Assembly (NCBI RefSeq): GCF_001194135.2
Contig: NC_069004.1
Coordinates: 19,646,219 to 19,710,218 of the forward strand
Source: Octopus bimaculoides
Lineage: Eukaryota
Direction of reading: 5' to 3'
Length of the DNA stretch: 64,000 nucleotides
Positions 36,969-50,600 of this stretch are shown piece after piece (position 1 is the first letter of the stretch; each line of letters starts with the position of its first letter). Both the position numbers and the translations under genes were made by a program. The notes below the pieces were generated by a model, which made no database searches, had not been told where the DNA came from, and saw only the letters and a list, made by a program, of their open reading frames with translations.

Positions 36969-39132
36969 TTAAAGAATTGGCTTCAACTGTTTTTATTGTC
37001 AGATCTAGAGTCACTTACTCTTTACTCTTTTACTTGTTTCAGTCATTTGACTGCAGCCATGCTGGAGCACCGCCTTTAGTCGTGCAAATCGACCCCAGGA
37101 CTTATTCTTTGGAAGCCTAGTACTTATTCTATTGGTCTCTTTTGCCGNNNNNNNNNNGCAAATCGACCCCAGGACTTATTCTTTGGAAGCCTAGTACTTA
37201 TTCTATTGGTCTCTTTTGCCGAACCGCTAAGTTACGGGGACGTAAACACACCAGCATTGGTTGTCAAGCAATGTTTTGGGGACAAACACACATACATATA
37301 TATTTACATATATACGATGGGCTTCTTTCAGTTTCCACCTACCAAATCCACTCACAAGGCTTTGGTCGGCCCGAGGTTATAGTAGAAGACACTTCTTGCC
37401 CAAGGTGTCACGCAGTGGGACTGAACCCAGAACCATGTGTTTGGTAAGCAAGCTACTTACCACACAGCCACTCCTGAAGTTTTTTTTTTTTTAAAGTAAT
37501 TGTATTGATTCTATTCTGCAAATTCATCTTCTATATTGATTTGTTTTGGCTAAGTGTAAGGACAATTTATATAGTTAGGGTCCACAATTGTTTATTTCCA
37601 GTATATTACTGGTCTGTATTTTATTGTCTCTCTTGTATAGGCAAGATAATAGGGGAGCTTCTATGGGGTTGCATGACATGGTAAAAATAACGGTCAAATA
37701 TCCCTCAAACCATGCCCTACTATATTAAGAAGAGAGGTACATTTGGTTCTCTGTCTGAAGAATTTCTAATTGGAGACATCTTTCATGTTTCTGCTATGCG
37801 TATGATTTTGTAACTCATATTAGGGAATGAAATATGCATAATGGTGAATAAATACTACGAATCTTTTTTGCGAATCTCCTGTTTTGATATTGGATTAAAA
37901 TATGTATTTCTGTTGATTGCATGTCTTAGTGAACAACACCTATATATTAATACAGGGTTGGAAGATAAACAAAAAATTCTTACATAAAGTTTTTGTAGAG
38001 GGGAGAGAGGAGGTAGTGTTGTGGCTTGTCAGAAGGTACAGTATTTCATATATCCCAAAATGTCATTAACCATTTTGTTACCATATTTCTGTTGAAGGTC
38101 ACTGCCCTTGTTTCAATTAATTTTGATCATAATGAAAAATTTAGTAAAATAACTTTGTCATTATTATTAAGTTTGTGTTTGAAACATAAATTAACATGGA
38201 ATTTTAATGAAAGGTTTTAATTTAGATCACTTTAAACAGAAAGTTTGTATTTTAGAATTAGGGGCAGTTTCTGATGGGCTGATGTCAAAAAGGTTTTTAA
38301 AAAAAGGGAAAATAATGTGGAAAGGAACTTTTTTTCCTTTGGTTCATTATTGAATACATAAGATTAAATTTTGGATATTTTAATAAAATGTGTACAGGAC
38401 AAGTAAAAAAAAAAACTGTTGGCTGGTCTTTAGGCCCTCTTGCTGTAAAATATTTAGTTACTCAACTATTTTTACCAAATCTTAATTCTTTAAATAATCC
38501 TATTCTCTGAATTGTGTACTTTTATGATACGACCATGTAGGGTGTACTTTTAGATAAGGGATTATACATTTTTGTACAAAATTATGAGATTTGAAGGTTG
38601 TTTTCTTTTTCTTTTTGTTTTTATTTATTCCTTCCAAGCTATCTAGAGCAAGCTTATGTTTATTAAATGCTAACATTGCTTTGACATGAAAGCTTAGGAG
38701 TTTACTGAAGGTTACATTAATGTTCTGGTTGAGAAAGTTCTCCAGCTCTGTTACAGAGCAGATGTGATTCATTCTTGTTAGCTGACTGCAGAGATTTCAG
38801 CCTTAATCCCGCCTCACTTTTAAACGACAATTTGTGTGGGTGAGCTGAATTACTATGATTACACCAGCCGGCTTAATCACAGACCTTTTGATTTTTGAAG
38901 TTGATAAACATTGCAGAACTCTAAATAAATATTCTTTACTAATTTGAAACTAATTGAGAAAACTGCAAACACATGCATGTGCACAGATGCACGCATACAC
39001 ACACACACACACACACACCTGTAATCCACACCCTACATGTGTGTCGTTTATTTTTCTCCCTTCTCCCTTCTGGTAATTTTGTCTTATTTCCCTAAATGTC
39101 AGTCGTTTCATTACTCTATGTATCTCTTTCAG

Positions 39133-39214
39133 AGTTGCTGATTTACTGCTGGGAGGAGCTGTATTAAATAAGGTTTTCCAACCGCATGAAGCTCATATAC
39201 CATATTTATTGCAG
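39133..39214 (+). CDS. REV3L: REV3L exon, 82 nt, phase 2 to 0
   Basis: Acceptor tctctttcag and donor CAG|gtatgg. Translates (K)VADLLLGGAVLNKVFQPHEAHIPYLLQ, containing the conserved QPHEAHIPYLLQ motif. Confidence 0.97.
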
Positions 39215-42200
39215 GTATGGTTGTTCTCCTTATTTTCTGATTTAATCACTTACCGTTTTTTTCTTATTCAATCACTGATTGTGTTTGTCTCCCTCGTCAG
39301 TTTAAAGAAAGATTAAAATATACAGACATAAGAATTGGTAGAACATCAGGCACAGTACCATGTAGTAATTAGTTTGAGCTCATAGCCGAGTAGACTAAAA
39401 CCAATGAAAGAAGAGGTGGGGTTGCCACAAAACAAATGAATTTCCTTTCTGGTGTATGGATTTCTAGCTGTCAGCACATTGGAATCATCGTCATCACCAT
39501 CACCACTTTAGCATTTACTTTTCCATGCTTGCATGAGTCAGAAAGAATTTGTTCAGGCAGATTTTCTATGCATGGATGCTCTTCCTGTCACTAACCTCTT
39601 TTTTTGTAAAAGTCAGACATATTTTTATGGGAGATTGGAAATGAACAACATTGCTTGTATGATGGAAACATTCATTTACAATTACTGTGTGATGTGAAGA
39701 CAAGGAGACACATGCACACTGACATGATGAACTTCTTTTAGTTTCTACTTATCAAATCCACTCTCAAGATGGTATGCAGTGGAAGTGCAAGCTTTGTAAC
39801 CATACAGCCATGCCTGGAATCACTGCTGCTATTAGAGGACCAAGGTATGTGATGCATTGCCGACCTCAAAAAGACCTGCCCACCATAACAGAATAGAGAT
39901 CTTAAACCCAGGTGCAACATAAAATGCTTTGGTGTGTCTGTGGCTGCCATGTAAAAAGCATTCAGTACACTCTGTGAAGTGGTTGGTGTTAGGAAAGGCA
40001 TCCAGCTGTAGAAATCAAGCCAAAACAAACTATGGAACCTGGTGTGGCTCCTGGCCTTACCAGTTCCTGTCAAGCCGTTCAACCCATGCCATTAAATGGA
40101 CATTAAATTATGGTGGGGATGGATGTGCTGCTGCTGCCACTGCCGTTGTTGTTGTTTCATCATTATCATCATCATCTAATGTCCGTGTTCCATTCTAACA
40201 TGGGTTGGATGGTTTGACAGATTCAGATGGGCCCCAACAGCCGCATCGTGCTCAATTGTCTGCTTTGGCATGGTTTCCACAGCTAGGTGCCCCTTCCTCA
40301 CAACAAACACCTTAAAGTGTGGTCTGTGTGTTTTTTTTTTTTTGCTTTTTCTGTTTAGGTATCACCTGCACTATTAAGGCCATCGCACGGTTTACAAGAC
40401 TACAAACACTGAAAGAACAATTCTATGCTAGGGGGTTGGTTAAGGGGTAAAAGGTTTGCTGCAAAGGAACGGCAAGACTACTCACATTTTAGAAGAAAGA
40501 GAGAGTGTGTAGGATTGATCAAGTGAACTGGGAAGTGATAAGGAATGATGGTGATGAAGTATCAGGATGGACCTTGCAAATATGAGGTGGGTAAAAATGA
40601 GTGAGGCATGGGGATCAAGAGGATGGGGGTGGGGGTAAAAGATTTTATTTATCATGAAATTATGTATGAGATTTCTTGGGTACACCAGCCTAAGTACATT
40701 GTAATGGTATCTCTTTTGATTATGGCCATCACCACATAGCAGTAAATATAGTAATTTTGGTGGTGGTGATGGCACAGAATGTGTGTGTGTGTGTCTGCAT
40801 GCATGTGTGATATGCCATAGTGAGATAATCCACATTGGAATTCCTATGGGAAGGACACATTGAACAATGTATAACAATGTAAAAAAAATTATGATGGCTA
40901 CCTTTGGAATGCTTTTGGTTATAGGTCTGACTAGGGCCTTAAAAACACAGACCAAATCACTTACCTGTTAGTCTTATTTTAAAACAGTATTAAAGTTTGA
41001 TCAAAATGCATATATGAGGTGCTGCATGCTTAAGGACTGTATACACTAGAAGAGGTAAAAAGACCATATGACTATATGTCTAGACTTTGAGATCTTCAGT
41101 TCAGGTCTGTGACAAGTATTTGGGGAATTGTTTTGGCATCCTAATCCAAGAGTGATTTAGCTCTTATTCCTATTTACTGCAATGAAGTTAGGGTTGAGTC
41201 TTGGAACTTAAGAAGCATTTGTTGTTGCTTGGCAGAATTGTTGGAGCATTGGAAAAGTTGCTTTCCAGTATCTGTTCTGGTTCTTAATATTCTGAGTTCA
41301 AGCTCTGACCAAGGCAGGACTTTCATCCTTACTGAATTGATAAAGTGTCAGTCAGCTACCGGGTATATTTTCTTAACCTCTCTCCACAAATTGCTGGTCT
41401 TGTGCCTATGTCAGAAAAAAATTACAAGAGCAACAGCTTAATAGCATCGTTAATGTGTTGGCCAAAATGTCTTTCTCTGTTTCTTTTGTCTTTTTACATT
41501 CTGAGTTAAAATCTCACTGAGGTTAACTTTAACTTTTATCACTCCAGGGTCAATAAGATATAGTACCAGCCAACTAGTTTAGTTTAGTTGTCCTCTTAGA
41601 CACTTCAATAATTTCACACAAGCACTCCATCCATCCATCATGGTTCCCCATGCGTGTTCTTACTTCATCAACATTTGCCATTCCATTGTCCTGAAGCATA
41701 GGATTAGTGTAATTGACTGGTGTCATTTGCTCACATGCCTTCCAAGTCAATAAAATAAAATACTAGTGAAGTACTGGGGTCAGTGGTATCAACTTACTCC
41801 CTCCCTTTGAATTTGTTCACCTTGTGCTTAAATTGGATAAGTGAGAATAGAGAGGAAAGTGTTGTCTCCCAGTGAATTTATTGGAAGGTGGATTACAGTG
41901 GGGAACATAGCCTGAATGAAGGGGCCTGTTCTAAGCATGCACCTGTAGATCGAAATTGAGGGACAATGGAGAGAAGGCACTTGCCTTAGAAGTTAAGGTG
42001 ACTGTGGTTGGATGGAGTTCCCATGAGTGGCCCCTTTTTTGTGCTAATCTCTCCTTGCCTTGACCTTGTGTGTTAGTTGTAAGCAAATATCTCCATAATG
42101 CAAGTGGTGTCCTTTGTTTTCAGTCTTCCATCATCATCGTTTAATGTCCACCTTCCATGCTGGGTTGGATGGTTTAACAGGAGCCTGCACCAGACGTTTG

Positions 42201-43548
42201 TGTCTGTTTTGGCAAAGTTTTTATAGCTGATCTCTCTTCCAGTCATGGGGAAATATTGTTTTAGAAACAGATGAGGGTCAGTGATAGGGGGATCATCTAG
42301 CTGTTGGAAATTCACATTAACAAACTCTGTTCAGCTCACGTGAGCATAGAAAAGTGGACATTAAACTTACAATAATAATCCTTTTTAGTGTAGGCACAAG
42401 GCCTGAAATTTGGAGGAGGGGAATAGTAGATTACATCAACCCCAGTGCTCCACTGGAACACATGAAAGAGGGGGAAAAGCAAAGTCAACCTTGGTGGAAT
42501 TTGAACTCAGAACATAAGGACAGACAGATTGCTGCTAAGCATTTTGCCCGTTGCGCTAACGATTCTGCCAGCTCACCACCTTAGCAGTAGCAGTAGCAGT
42601 AGCAGCAGCAGCAGTTGTTGTTGTTGTTGTTTCAAATTTTGGCACATGGCCTGCAATTTTTGAGGGGAAGAAGTCAATTACAGTGATCCCAGTTTTCAAC
42701 TAGTACTTATTTTATTGACCCTGAAAGGATGGAAGGCAGAGCCAACTTCAGCAGAATTTGAACTGAGAATGTAAAGACAGACAAAATACCATAATAATAC
42801 TGATGATGGTGATGGCAGCCTCCTCCTCCTCTCCATCAAATCAATGTTGTCTGAACAGCTGCACAGTGCACCATGCATCAGGTGTTGAAGTGATTGCAGT
42901 GCAATGTGTGATGAAATGTTTTCCTCAAGAACACAATATAACCATCCAGTCTTGGAATTGAAATTACAATCATGGGTGCATCATCCTAACCGCTAGGCCA
43001 TGTGTCCTAATAATAGTAGTAATGATGATGATGATGATTTTGCCATAGGGACAGCAATTTTGGGGGAGGGGATGAGTTGATTACATCGACCTCAGTGTTC
43101 AACTGGTACTTATTTTATCGACCCCAAAAGGATGACATGCAAAGTTGACCTTGGAAGAATTTAAACTCAGGACATATAAACAGACAAAATACTACTAAGC
43201 ATTCCATGTGGCATGCTAACAATTCTACCAGCTCACCGCCTTAATAATAATGACGATAATAATAATAATAATAATAATCTTTTCTGTAATTGGCACAAGG
43301 TCTGAAGTTTGTGGGGAATGTGTAAGTTGATCATATCAAACCCCAGTACTTGACTGTACTTAATTTATATGGCAGAAATAGTAGTGAAGTGGCCAGAATG
43401 CCTTTGCAGTATGATGTTTTGTGCCCTGGCTTCTTTCAGCTCCCACAAGTCGATGATAAAATAAAGTACCAGTCTAATTAATACTGAGTGGAAGCAGGGT
43501 CAGTTTTAATTGACTCCATCTTGTCCTCAAAACTTCTGGCCTTGTTAT

Positions 43549-43854
43549 GGAGACCCCCTTCGGTCATGAATGACCATGGGATTACACCTAGAAAGTTGCC
43601 CTCCAAGGCACAAGTCCAGGCAAAATTGTTAGTGGAAGACCAGTAGTCGCCCATGCACACTGCTGATGTTATCCAAAGGAAAAGCAAAGGCCGATACAGC
43701 TTGGCACCTGTGACGTCGCAACTCATTTCTACAGCTGAGTGGACTGGAGCAACGTGAAATAAAATGTCTTGCTCAAGAACACAACATGCAGCCCGGTCCG
43801 GGAATCAAACTCACAAACTCACGATCGTAAGCTTGACGCTCTAACCACTGAGCC
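43549..43854 (-). mobile_element. tRNA-derived SINE family C, inserted into the tail of a family B SINE
   Basis: 10-bp duplication gccttgttat at 43539-43548 and 43852-43861. Other copies at about 26110-26445 (+), 44330-44625 (+), 52172-52492 (-) and 53704-54025 (+). Confidence 0.85.
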
Positions 43855-44636
43855 TTGTTATAGAAATCATTATCATAATCGTTATGATTAAGCTCTGATT
43901 TCAAGTTCTGCTAGGATTGACTGCTTTTTTACTCTTCTGGGATTAATAAAACAAAGCAAGTATTCAACTGCTAATACATGTCTCCTGTAGAGATCTATAT
44001 GATCTCAGTGTGCATTAATGATTTTCTACTGGCCTTATGTACCAAGCTGATGTTTTATTATTCGTGTTGTATTATACTTCTGGTGAAAACACAGAAACTG
44101 TTTTTATTCATGATCTAAATTCTGTATTGGATGAGAGGTGAGTTGGTGTGATGCCACAGATATTTTGAGGTGTGTGTATGTGTTATACAAGAAGGTTGTT
44201 GACAGTGACTTCAAAGTTTCAGCCAGCTAAGCTATTGTTGGACTGCCTTTGAAATCACTGTCAACAACATTCTTGTGAAAGAATGATAAATTCATACTCT
44301 ACAATATATATATATGTATGTGTGTGTGACAGCACATGGCTCAGTGGTTAGAGCATCAGGCTCACAATAACGAGGTACTAAGTTCGATTCCTGGACTGGG
44401 CTGTGTGTTGTGTTCTTGAGCAAGACCCTTTATTAAGAGTTGCAACATCACTGATGCCAAGCTGTATCAACCTTTGCCTCTCCTTTGAATAACATCGGTG
44501 GTGCGGAGAGGTGGGAGCTGGTATGCATGGGCAAATGCTGATCTTCCATAAACAACCTTGCCTGGATTTGTGCCTTGGAGGGGAACTTTGTAGGTGCAAT
44601 CTCATTGTCATTCATGACCAAGGAGAGTCTTTTCCC

Positions 44637-44689
<53 letters not shown>

Positions 44690-44702
44690 CATACATACAT
44701 AC

Positions 44703-45568
44703 NNNNNNNNNNNNNNNNNNNNNNNNNNNNNNNNNNNNNNNNNNNNNNNNNNNNNNNNNNNNNNNNNNNNNNNNNNNNNNNNNNNNNNNNNNNNNNNNNN
44801 NNNNNNNNNNNNNNNNNNNNNNNNNNNNNNNNNNNNNNNNNNNNNNNNNNNNNNNNNNNNNNNNNNNNNNNNNNNNNNNNNNNNNNNNNNNNNNNNNNNN
44901 NNNNNNNNNNNNNNNNNNNNNNNNNNNNNNNNNNNNNNNNNNNNNNNNNNNNNNNNNNNNNNNNNNNNNNNNNNNNNNNNNNNNNNNNNNNNNNNNNNNN
45001 NNNNNNNNNNNNNNNNNNNNNNNNNNNNNNNNNNNNNNNNNNNNNNNNNNNNNNNNNNNNNNNNNNNNNNNNNNNNNNNNNNNNNNNNNNNNNNNNNNNN
45101 NNNNNNNNNNNNNNNNNNNNNNNNNNNNNNNNNNNNNNNNNNNNNNNNNNNNNNNNNNNNNNNNNNNNNNNNNNNNNNNNNNNNNNNNNNNNNNNNNNNN
45201 NNNNNNNNNNNNNNNNNNNNNNNNNNNNNNNNNNNNNNNNNNNNNNNNNNNNNNNNNNNNNNNNNNNNNNNNNNNNNNNNNNNNNNNNNNNNNNNNNNNN
45301 NNNNNNNNNNNNNNNNNNNNNNNNNNNNNNNNNNNNNNNNNNNNNNNNNNNNNNNNNNNNNNNNNNNNNNNNNNNNNNNNNNNNNNNNNNNNNNNNNNNN
45401 NNNNNNNNNNNNNNNNNNNNNNNNNNNNNNNNNNNNNNNNNNNNNNNNNNNNNNNNNNNNNNNNNNNNNNNNNNNNNNNNNNNNNNNNNNNNNNNNNNNN
45501 NNNNNNNNNNNNNNNNNNNNNNNNNNNNNNNNNNNNNNNNNNNNNNNNNNNNNNNNNNNNNNNNNNNN
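44703..45568. other. Assembly gap (866 N)
   Basis: Run of N. Other large gaps are at 48306-48768, 57745-57959 and 61019-61970; small ones lie near 13678, 18047, 28134 and 37148. Confidence 1.
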
Positions 45569-46018
45569 TCTTGAGGTCGTCATTAAGCTCTGCAGTAATT
45601 TTGGGAACTGTACTTTTGTGATCCTTTCTAACAATTTGTGTAAGAGTCTGACGGTCCCTATCTGAAAGTTTTGCTTTCTCTGAGTTTCGTTTCTACGAGG
45701 TTTTTCCCTCTTTCTCAAAGGCTGTCATTTCTTTCGAGACAGTACTTCTTGATACACCAAACATTTTGGCCGTTTTCGTTACGTTAGCACCTGCCGTACA
45801 AGTACCAACAATTTAACCTCTTTGAAAGTCCGATAGATGTGTCATTTTAATGAATTTTAATTACCTTTTTCTTATGATATCTGAAAAGAAACAGCAATTT
45901 TAGCTAAACATATTAAGCATCACTAATAATAAATCAAAAAATAAACAAGCTTTTGACAGTTTTATAGATATTTCAAAGTTATGATGCTAGGTGTTTCCAT
46001 TATTTTGTCCAACCCCTG
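45569..46018 (-). mobile_element. Tc1-like transposon 5' portion (TIR plus pseudogenised transposase) running into the N gap
   Basis: Terminus TA|CAGGGGTTGGACAAAATAATGGAAACAC at 46018. ATG at 45845 gives MTHLSDFQRG*IVGTCTAGANVTKTAKMFGVSRSTVSKEMTAFEKEGKTS*KRNSEKAKLSDRDRQTLTQIVRKDHKSTVPKITAELN, a Tc1 HTH region with two in-frame stops. Confidence 0.9.
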
Positions 46019-47044
46019 TAAATATAAGGCTCTGTAATCATTTAGATTTTGAAGTGGCATATATTTAATGAGTGAGGGGCCAGAACTGTAACTTCTATGT
46101 TAGTTATCATTTTATCTGCCTGTGTGGCAACAAGCTTTTCTCCACTATCTTAAAAAGTGCAATTACAATCATAACCCCAAACTTTGACATCAATATAAAG
46201 ATCTGGTGGTCATAGCTTAACAGTGGCCTCAGCACTAAACTCTCACCTATTGGATGCCTCACCTTTCACCTGTCCTCAGCACACCTTTCTAATACACAAA
46301 CATTCAAAAATGAGTTACACCTCATATATACCAGTTATGGTATTATTTTTTAATTATTGTTTAAGCACAGGCGTGGTTGTGTGGTTAAGAAGTTTGCTTC
46401 AAAACCACATGGTTTCGGGTTCAGTCCCACTGCATTGCACCTTGGTCAAGTGTCTTCTACTATATCTCTGGGTTGACCAAAACCTTGTGAGTGAATTTGG
46501 TATGTGGAAACTGAAGTGTATGTGTGTTTTGTTGTTTTGACATTGTGTAGTTATTGTAAATAAACATCATTCATTTCCAAACATGTCTGGCCATGGGGAA
46601 ATATTAACTTACTTGGAAACAGTTATGGCAACAGGAATGGTATTTGACTGTAGAAAATCTGCCTTAACGAACTTTGTTCAACCCATGCAAGCATGGAAAA
46701 GTAGACATTAAAATAGTGATGATGTAATTTTTTATCTTCCCGTCAGTTTTTCTATTCTTGCATAAGTAAGTTACATGTTGGGTCAGTTGCCTTTACAGCT
46801 GCCATGCTCTTTCTACTATCAACCTACTCAGCTTTTTTAAAGTAGGTATTGAAAGAACTTTTTGATGTTTTAGGCCAAGCCATTCATCAAAGATAGAAAA
46901 CAATTCTTTTTCCCCCTGCTACAGCTACCCATGTCTGTCAATATTATTGTTATTGATAAAGAAATTTTCTATTCCCATGACTTGTCTATAATGATTTTAT
47001 TTATGCCTCTCTCTCAAGAAGCGTTCATAAATTTTATTTTTCAG

Positions 47045-47123
47045 ATGTTTATTGATTACAATCTTTATGGTATGAATTTGCTGAATGTTAACCATGTCAA
47101 ATTTCGGCGGCGCCAAACTAAAG
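47045..47123 (+). CDS. REV3L: REV3L exon, 79 nt, phase 0 to 1
   Basis: Acceptor ttatttttcag and donor G|gtaagc. Translates MFIDYNLYGMNLLNVNHVKFRRRQTK, containing the conserved FIDYNLYGMN motif. Confidence 0.97.
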
Positions 47124-48270
47124 GTAAGCTGAAACTTCATGTTCTGGTTTTGGAGTATAAACTTACATTGCAGGAAAGCTTCAGGACCTTTTGAACTCAC
47201 AGTAACACATTCACCATCACAACCTGTTACTGGAAATTACCTGTGATGCCTCCAATTTCATGCACTATTGCTCTCAGTGCAATATTTCATAATTAAATTT
47301 AATATTTAGCACCATGTAATTTGATATTTAATATTTGTTAGTACTCATGTTATTTAAATATCCTTGAAGCCATGTCAAAGACACAGAATAAAATATTTTC
47401 TCAAATTATGAAAATGTGTGCTGATGTCATGTAAAAGGCACCCAGTACACTACGTAAAGTGGTTGGCATTAGGAAGAGCATCCAGCCTGTAAAAACCAAG
47501 CCATAACATGACTGGAATCTGGTGCTGCTTGCCAGCTCTAACTAAACTGTCCAACCCATGCCAGCATGGAAAACGGACATTCAACGATGATGGGCCCCCT
47601 CCCCTGCTTGAACAACGAGTGAGAGTTGGGAGCAGCAGTAACATCCAGTTGTAAAGTCCTGTTGCAGATATATCCCAGTCCAGTGCTGGCATCATTGAAA
47701 AATATTTAGGCAACAGAACTCAGCTGTGCAGTGTATATATGCTATATCAATAAGACTACTGGAACAACTATAATAATACTAATGGTTTCAAATTTTGGCA
47801 CAAGGCCAGCAATTTTAGTGAGAGGGAGCTAATTGATTACATCAACCCCAGTGTTCAACTGGTATTTTATCAACCCCAAATGGATTAAAGACAAAGTCAA
47901 CTGTGGCAGTATTTGAACTCAGGATATAACGATGGACGAAATGATGCTAAGCATTTTGCCCAGTGTGCTAACGATTCTGCCAGCTCACTGCCTTAATAAT
48001 AATAATGATTATCGTTTCTGCTATATGGGTGGGGCAAATTCAGTGACACTGACCCCAAAATAATGAAAGGCAAAGTAGACAGTGGAATTTGAACTCAGAA
48101 GACATGAAATACCACTAAGCATTTTGCTCAGCATGCTAACAATTCTGCTAGCTCATCACCTTAATAATAATAATAATAAACATTAATGGGAAAACTGAAA
48201 AATAAGTATCAACTCCTTTGGGAATATGATTGTATTTGTTTATGATTACATTATAGTTTGTTCGTAATGT

Positions 48271-48305
<35 letters not shown>

Positions 48306-49933
48306 NNNNNNNNNNNNNNNNNNNNNNNNNNNNNNNNNNNNNNNNNNNNNNNNNNNNNNNNNNNNNNNNNNNNNNNNNNNNNNNNNNNNNNNNNNNNNNN
48401 NNNNNNNNNNNNNNNNNNNNNNNNNNNNNNNNNNNNNNNNNNNNNNNNNNNNNNNNNNNNNNNNNNNNNNNNNNNNNNNNNNNNNNNNNNNNNNNNNNNN
48501 NNNNNNNNNNNNNNNNNNNNNNNNNNNNNNNNNNNNNNNNNNNNNNNNNNNNNNNNNNNNNNNNNNNNNNNNNNNNNNNNNNNNNNNNNNNNNNNNNNNN
48601 NNNNNNNNNNNNNNNNNNNNNNNNNNNNNNNNNNNNNNNNNNNNNNNNNNNNNNNNNNNNNNNNNNNNNNNNNNNNNNNNNNNNNNNNNNNNNNNNNNNN
48701 NNNNNNNNNNNNNNNNNNNNNNNNNNNNNNNNNNNNNNNNNNNNNNNNNNNNNNNNNNNNNNNNNNNNCCCCACCACCACCACATACACTTGTTATCTTC
48801 CTATCTATGTTTCATTCTCATATTAAACTCCTGTTACTCTCATGCTTTACATAAGGACTTTCTATCTGTGCTATTCGGTTTTGTTTTTATAGCTTATAAG
48901 GAAGTATGATAAAAGTGCAGTAAGAGCGTTGGTGTCTTCTGCTTACATTAGGGAAGCAGAAGTCAGCATATTGGGTGGAACTGAAACTGTTGTGGCTTTT
49001 AGGGAGAAGGAGAGAGACAGAAGGGGCAGGAGGAGGTATATAGCCAACAGATGAGCTAGTCATGTAAAGGTGCATGGCTTAGTGTTTAGGGTGCTCAGCT
49101 CACGATTGTAAGATTGTGAGTTTGATTCCTGGCAGTACGTTGTGTCCTGAACAAGACACTTTACTTCACGTTGCTCCACTCCACTCAGCTGACAAAAATG
49201 AACTGTACTTTGTCACATTTGGTGTGTCATGCTGAATCTCCCTGAGAACTACATTAAGGGTATGTGTTTCTGTGGAGTGTTCAGCCACTTCCACATTAAT
49301 TTCATGGATCAACTGAAACACTCATTGTCATAACTGACCGAGTAAAAGTCTATCTCATCTGCACATACCACAACTACAGATGGTAACAGTTGTTTACTGA
49401 CTGAACTCAGTGCTGGCCATTGACAGTTTGTTTTCTGTTCATCTACTCAGTATCAAAATGATATTTGCCATTGATTCAATAAGTTCATCTGTCAAAATTG
49501 TTCAGATCCACCATGCTGCATCCTATGATTTCAGTGTACCTTGACTTAGGTGGTTACATGCTATTCAAACCATAGCTGGGATCCTGACAAGTACTACTAC
49601 TGCAGGTGAGAATAGAACTGGGATCAATAGTAGCTAATATGTGGTTCCACACTCCTCAAACACTGGATCTCCTAAACCAGGGCCACACTACCAAATAGAG
49701 TTTAAAGTCATACCTAATATTACGTGGATATTTTTCCCCTCTTTATCGTATCATTGGTATGGTAATGTTTTTAATTATTACTTTCCATAGGTTTTTTTTT
49801 TTACTCATTAAACAAAAAGAAAGCTAAAACTAAATGAGTAAAATTGTTATGCTATTGTGATTTATGTATTTTGTACTTATTGAATTATTAACTTTTTTTT
49901 TTTCTTCATGAACTGCCCTTTGTTATTTTCCAG

Positions 49934-50031
49934 TGAAATGTTATTAGATGAAGATCTTGAGAGAATGAGTACTTGTGAACTAGAGGTGGATATCGTAGCT
50001 GCTGATATATTGAATAGACTTGATGTTAATG
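49934..50031 (+). CDS. REV3L: REV3L exon, 98 nt, phase 2 to 1
   Basis: Acceptor ttattttccag and donor G|gtaagt. Translates EMLLDEDLERMSTCELEVDIVAADILNRLDVN (conserved STCELEVD..AADILNR). The entry phase does not match the 47123 donor, so an exon is missing or the alternative AG at 49946-49947 is used. Confidence 0.93.
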
Positions 50032-50600
50032 GTAAGTCAGATCAGTTTGCAGTTTACTACTACTACTTATCTGGAAATATTGTTGGTCTCTGTTGATCAA
50101 GCAAGCATATGATCAAAGCTGGTTCAACCATGGCCATCCTGTCTTATATTTTTAAGACATGATTTAGGACAATATTTATCCAATGAGAGAGATTTGGCTG
50201 TTATTTGTAGCCTGTTGTAGCAACCTCATAGATGTTCCTTTGTTGGCTTCATCTGAAAAATTAATTAGATTTTTTTTTTTTTTTAAATTCTTTTTTTTTA
50301 AATCTTGAAATTACATGATTATTGCATGATTAATTCAAAGCAGTGTGAATAAATAAGAATTACATTTGACAAAGTAATCTGAATGCTAAAGGGTTAAGCT
50401 GAAATGTCTACTGGATTATTGTTGACCTGGGGCTAAGCAATATCTTTCATCACTGTTTAGGGCTGATTACATGTGTACTGTTATTAGGATTATAAAGAAT
50501 AGATTGTTTAGTGTTAATTACATAACAATGAGGGAAAGGTTGGGAATTGGTATTTTTAAAAATTTATTTATTTATTCATATATTGAAATATATATTTCAG

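Noticed and set aside
37084-37221. 64-bp direct repeat on both sides of a 10-N gap (a similar case is near 28110-28170)
   Set aside because: Exact duplication across a tiny gap indicates unmerged overlapping contig ends, an assembly artefact.
39950-40330. Tail-to-tail inverted pair of RTE-tail repeats downstream of the 39133 exon
   Set aside because: The copies are highly diverged, so a stable long duplex is doubtful.
40482-40955. 157-aa minus-strand ORF (also the 115-aa ORF at 28411-28758)
   Set aside because: Low-complexity, repeat-derived composition with no recognisable domain or convincing splice signals.
44511-45718. Long ORFs of 348-384 aa (also 48148-48854, 57684-58189, 60884-62062)
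   Set aside because: They are open only because they run through N gaps and microsatellites.
49540-49610. Strong donor CAG|gtgaga at 49606 as a candidate for the missing REV3L exon
   Set aside because: The phase-2 frame (SWDPDKYYYC) hits TAG upstream, and the nearby AG acceptors give phase 0 or 2, not the required phase 1.
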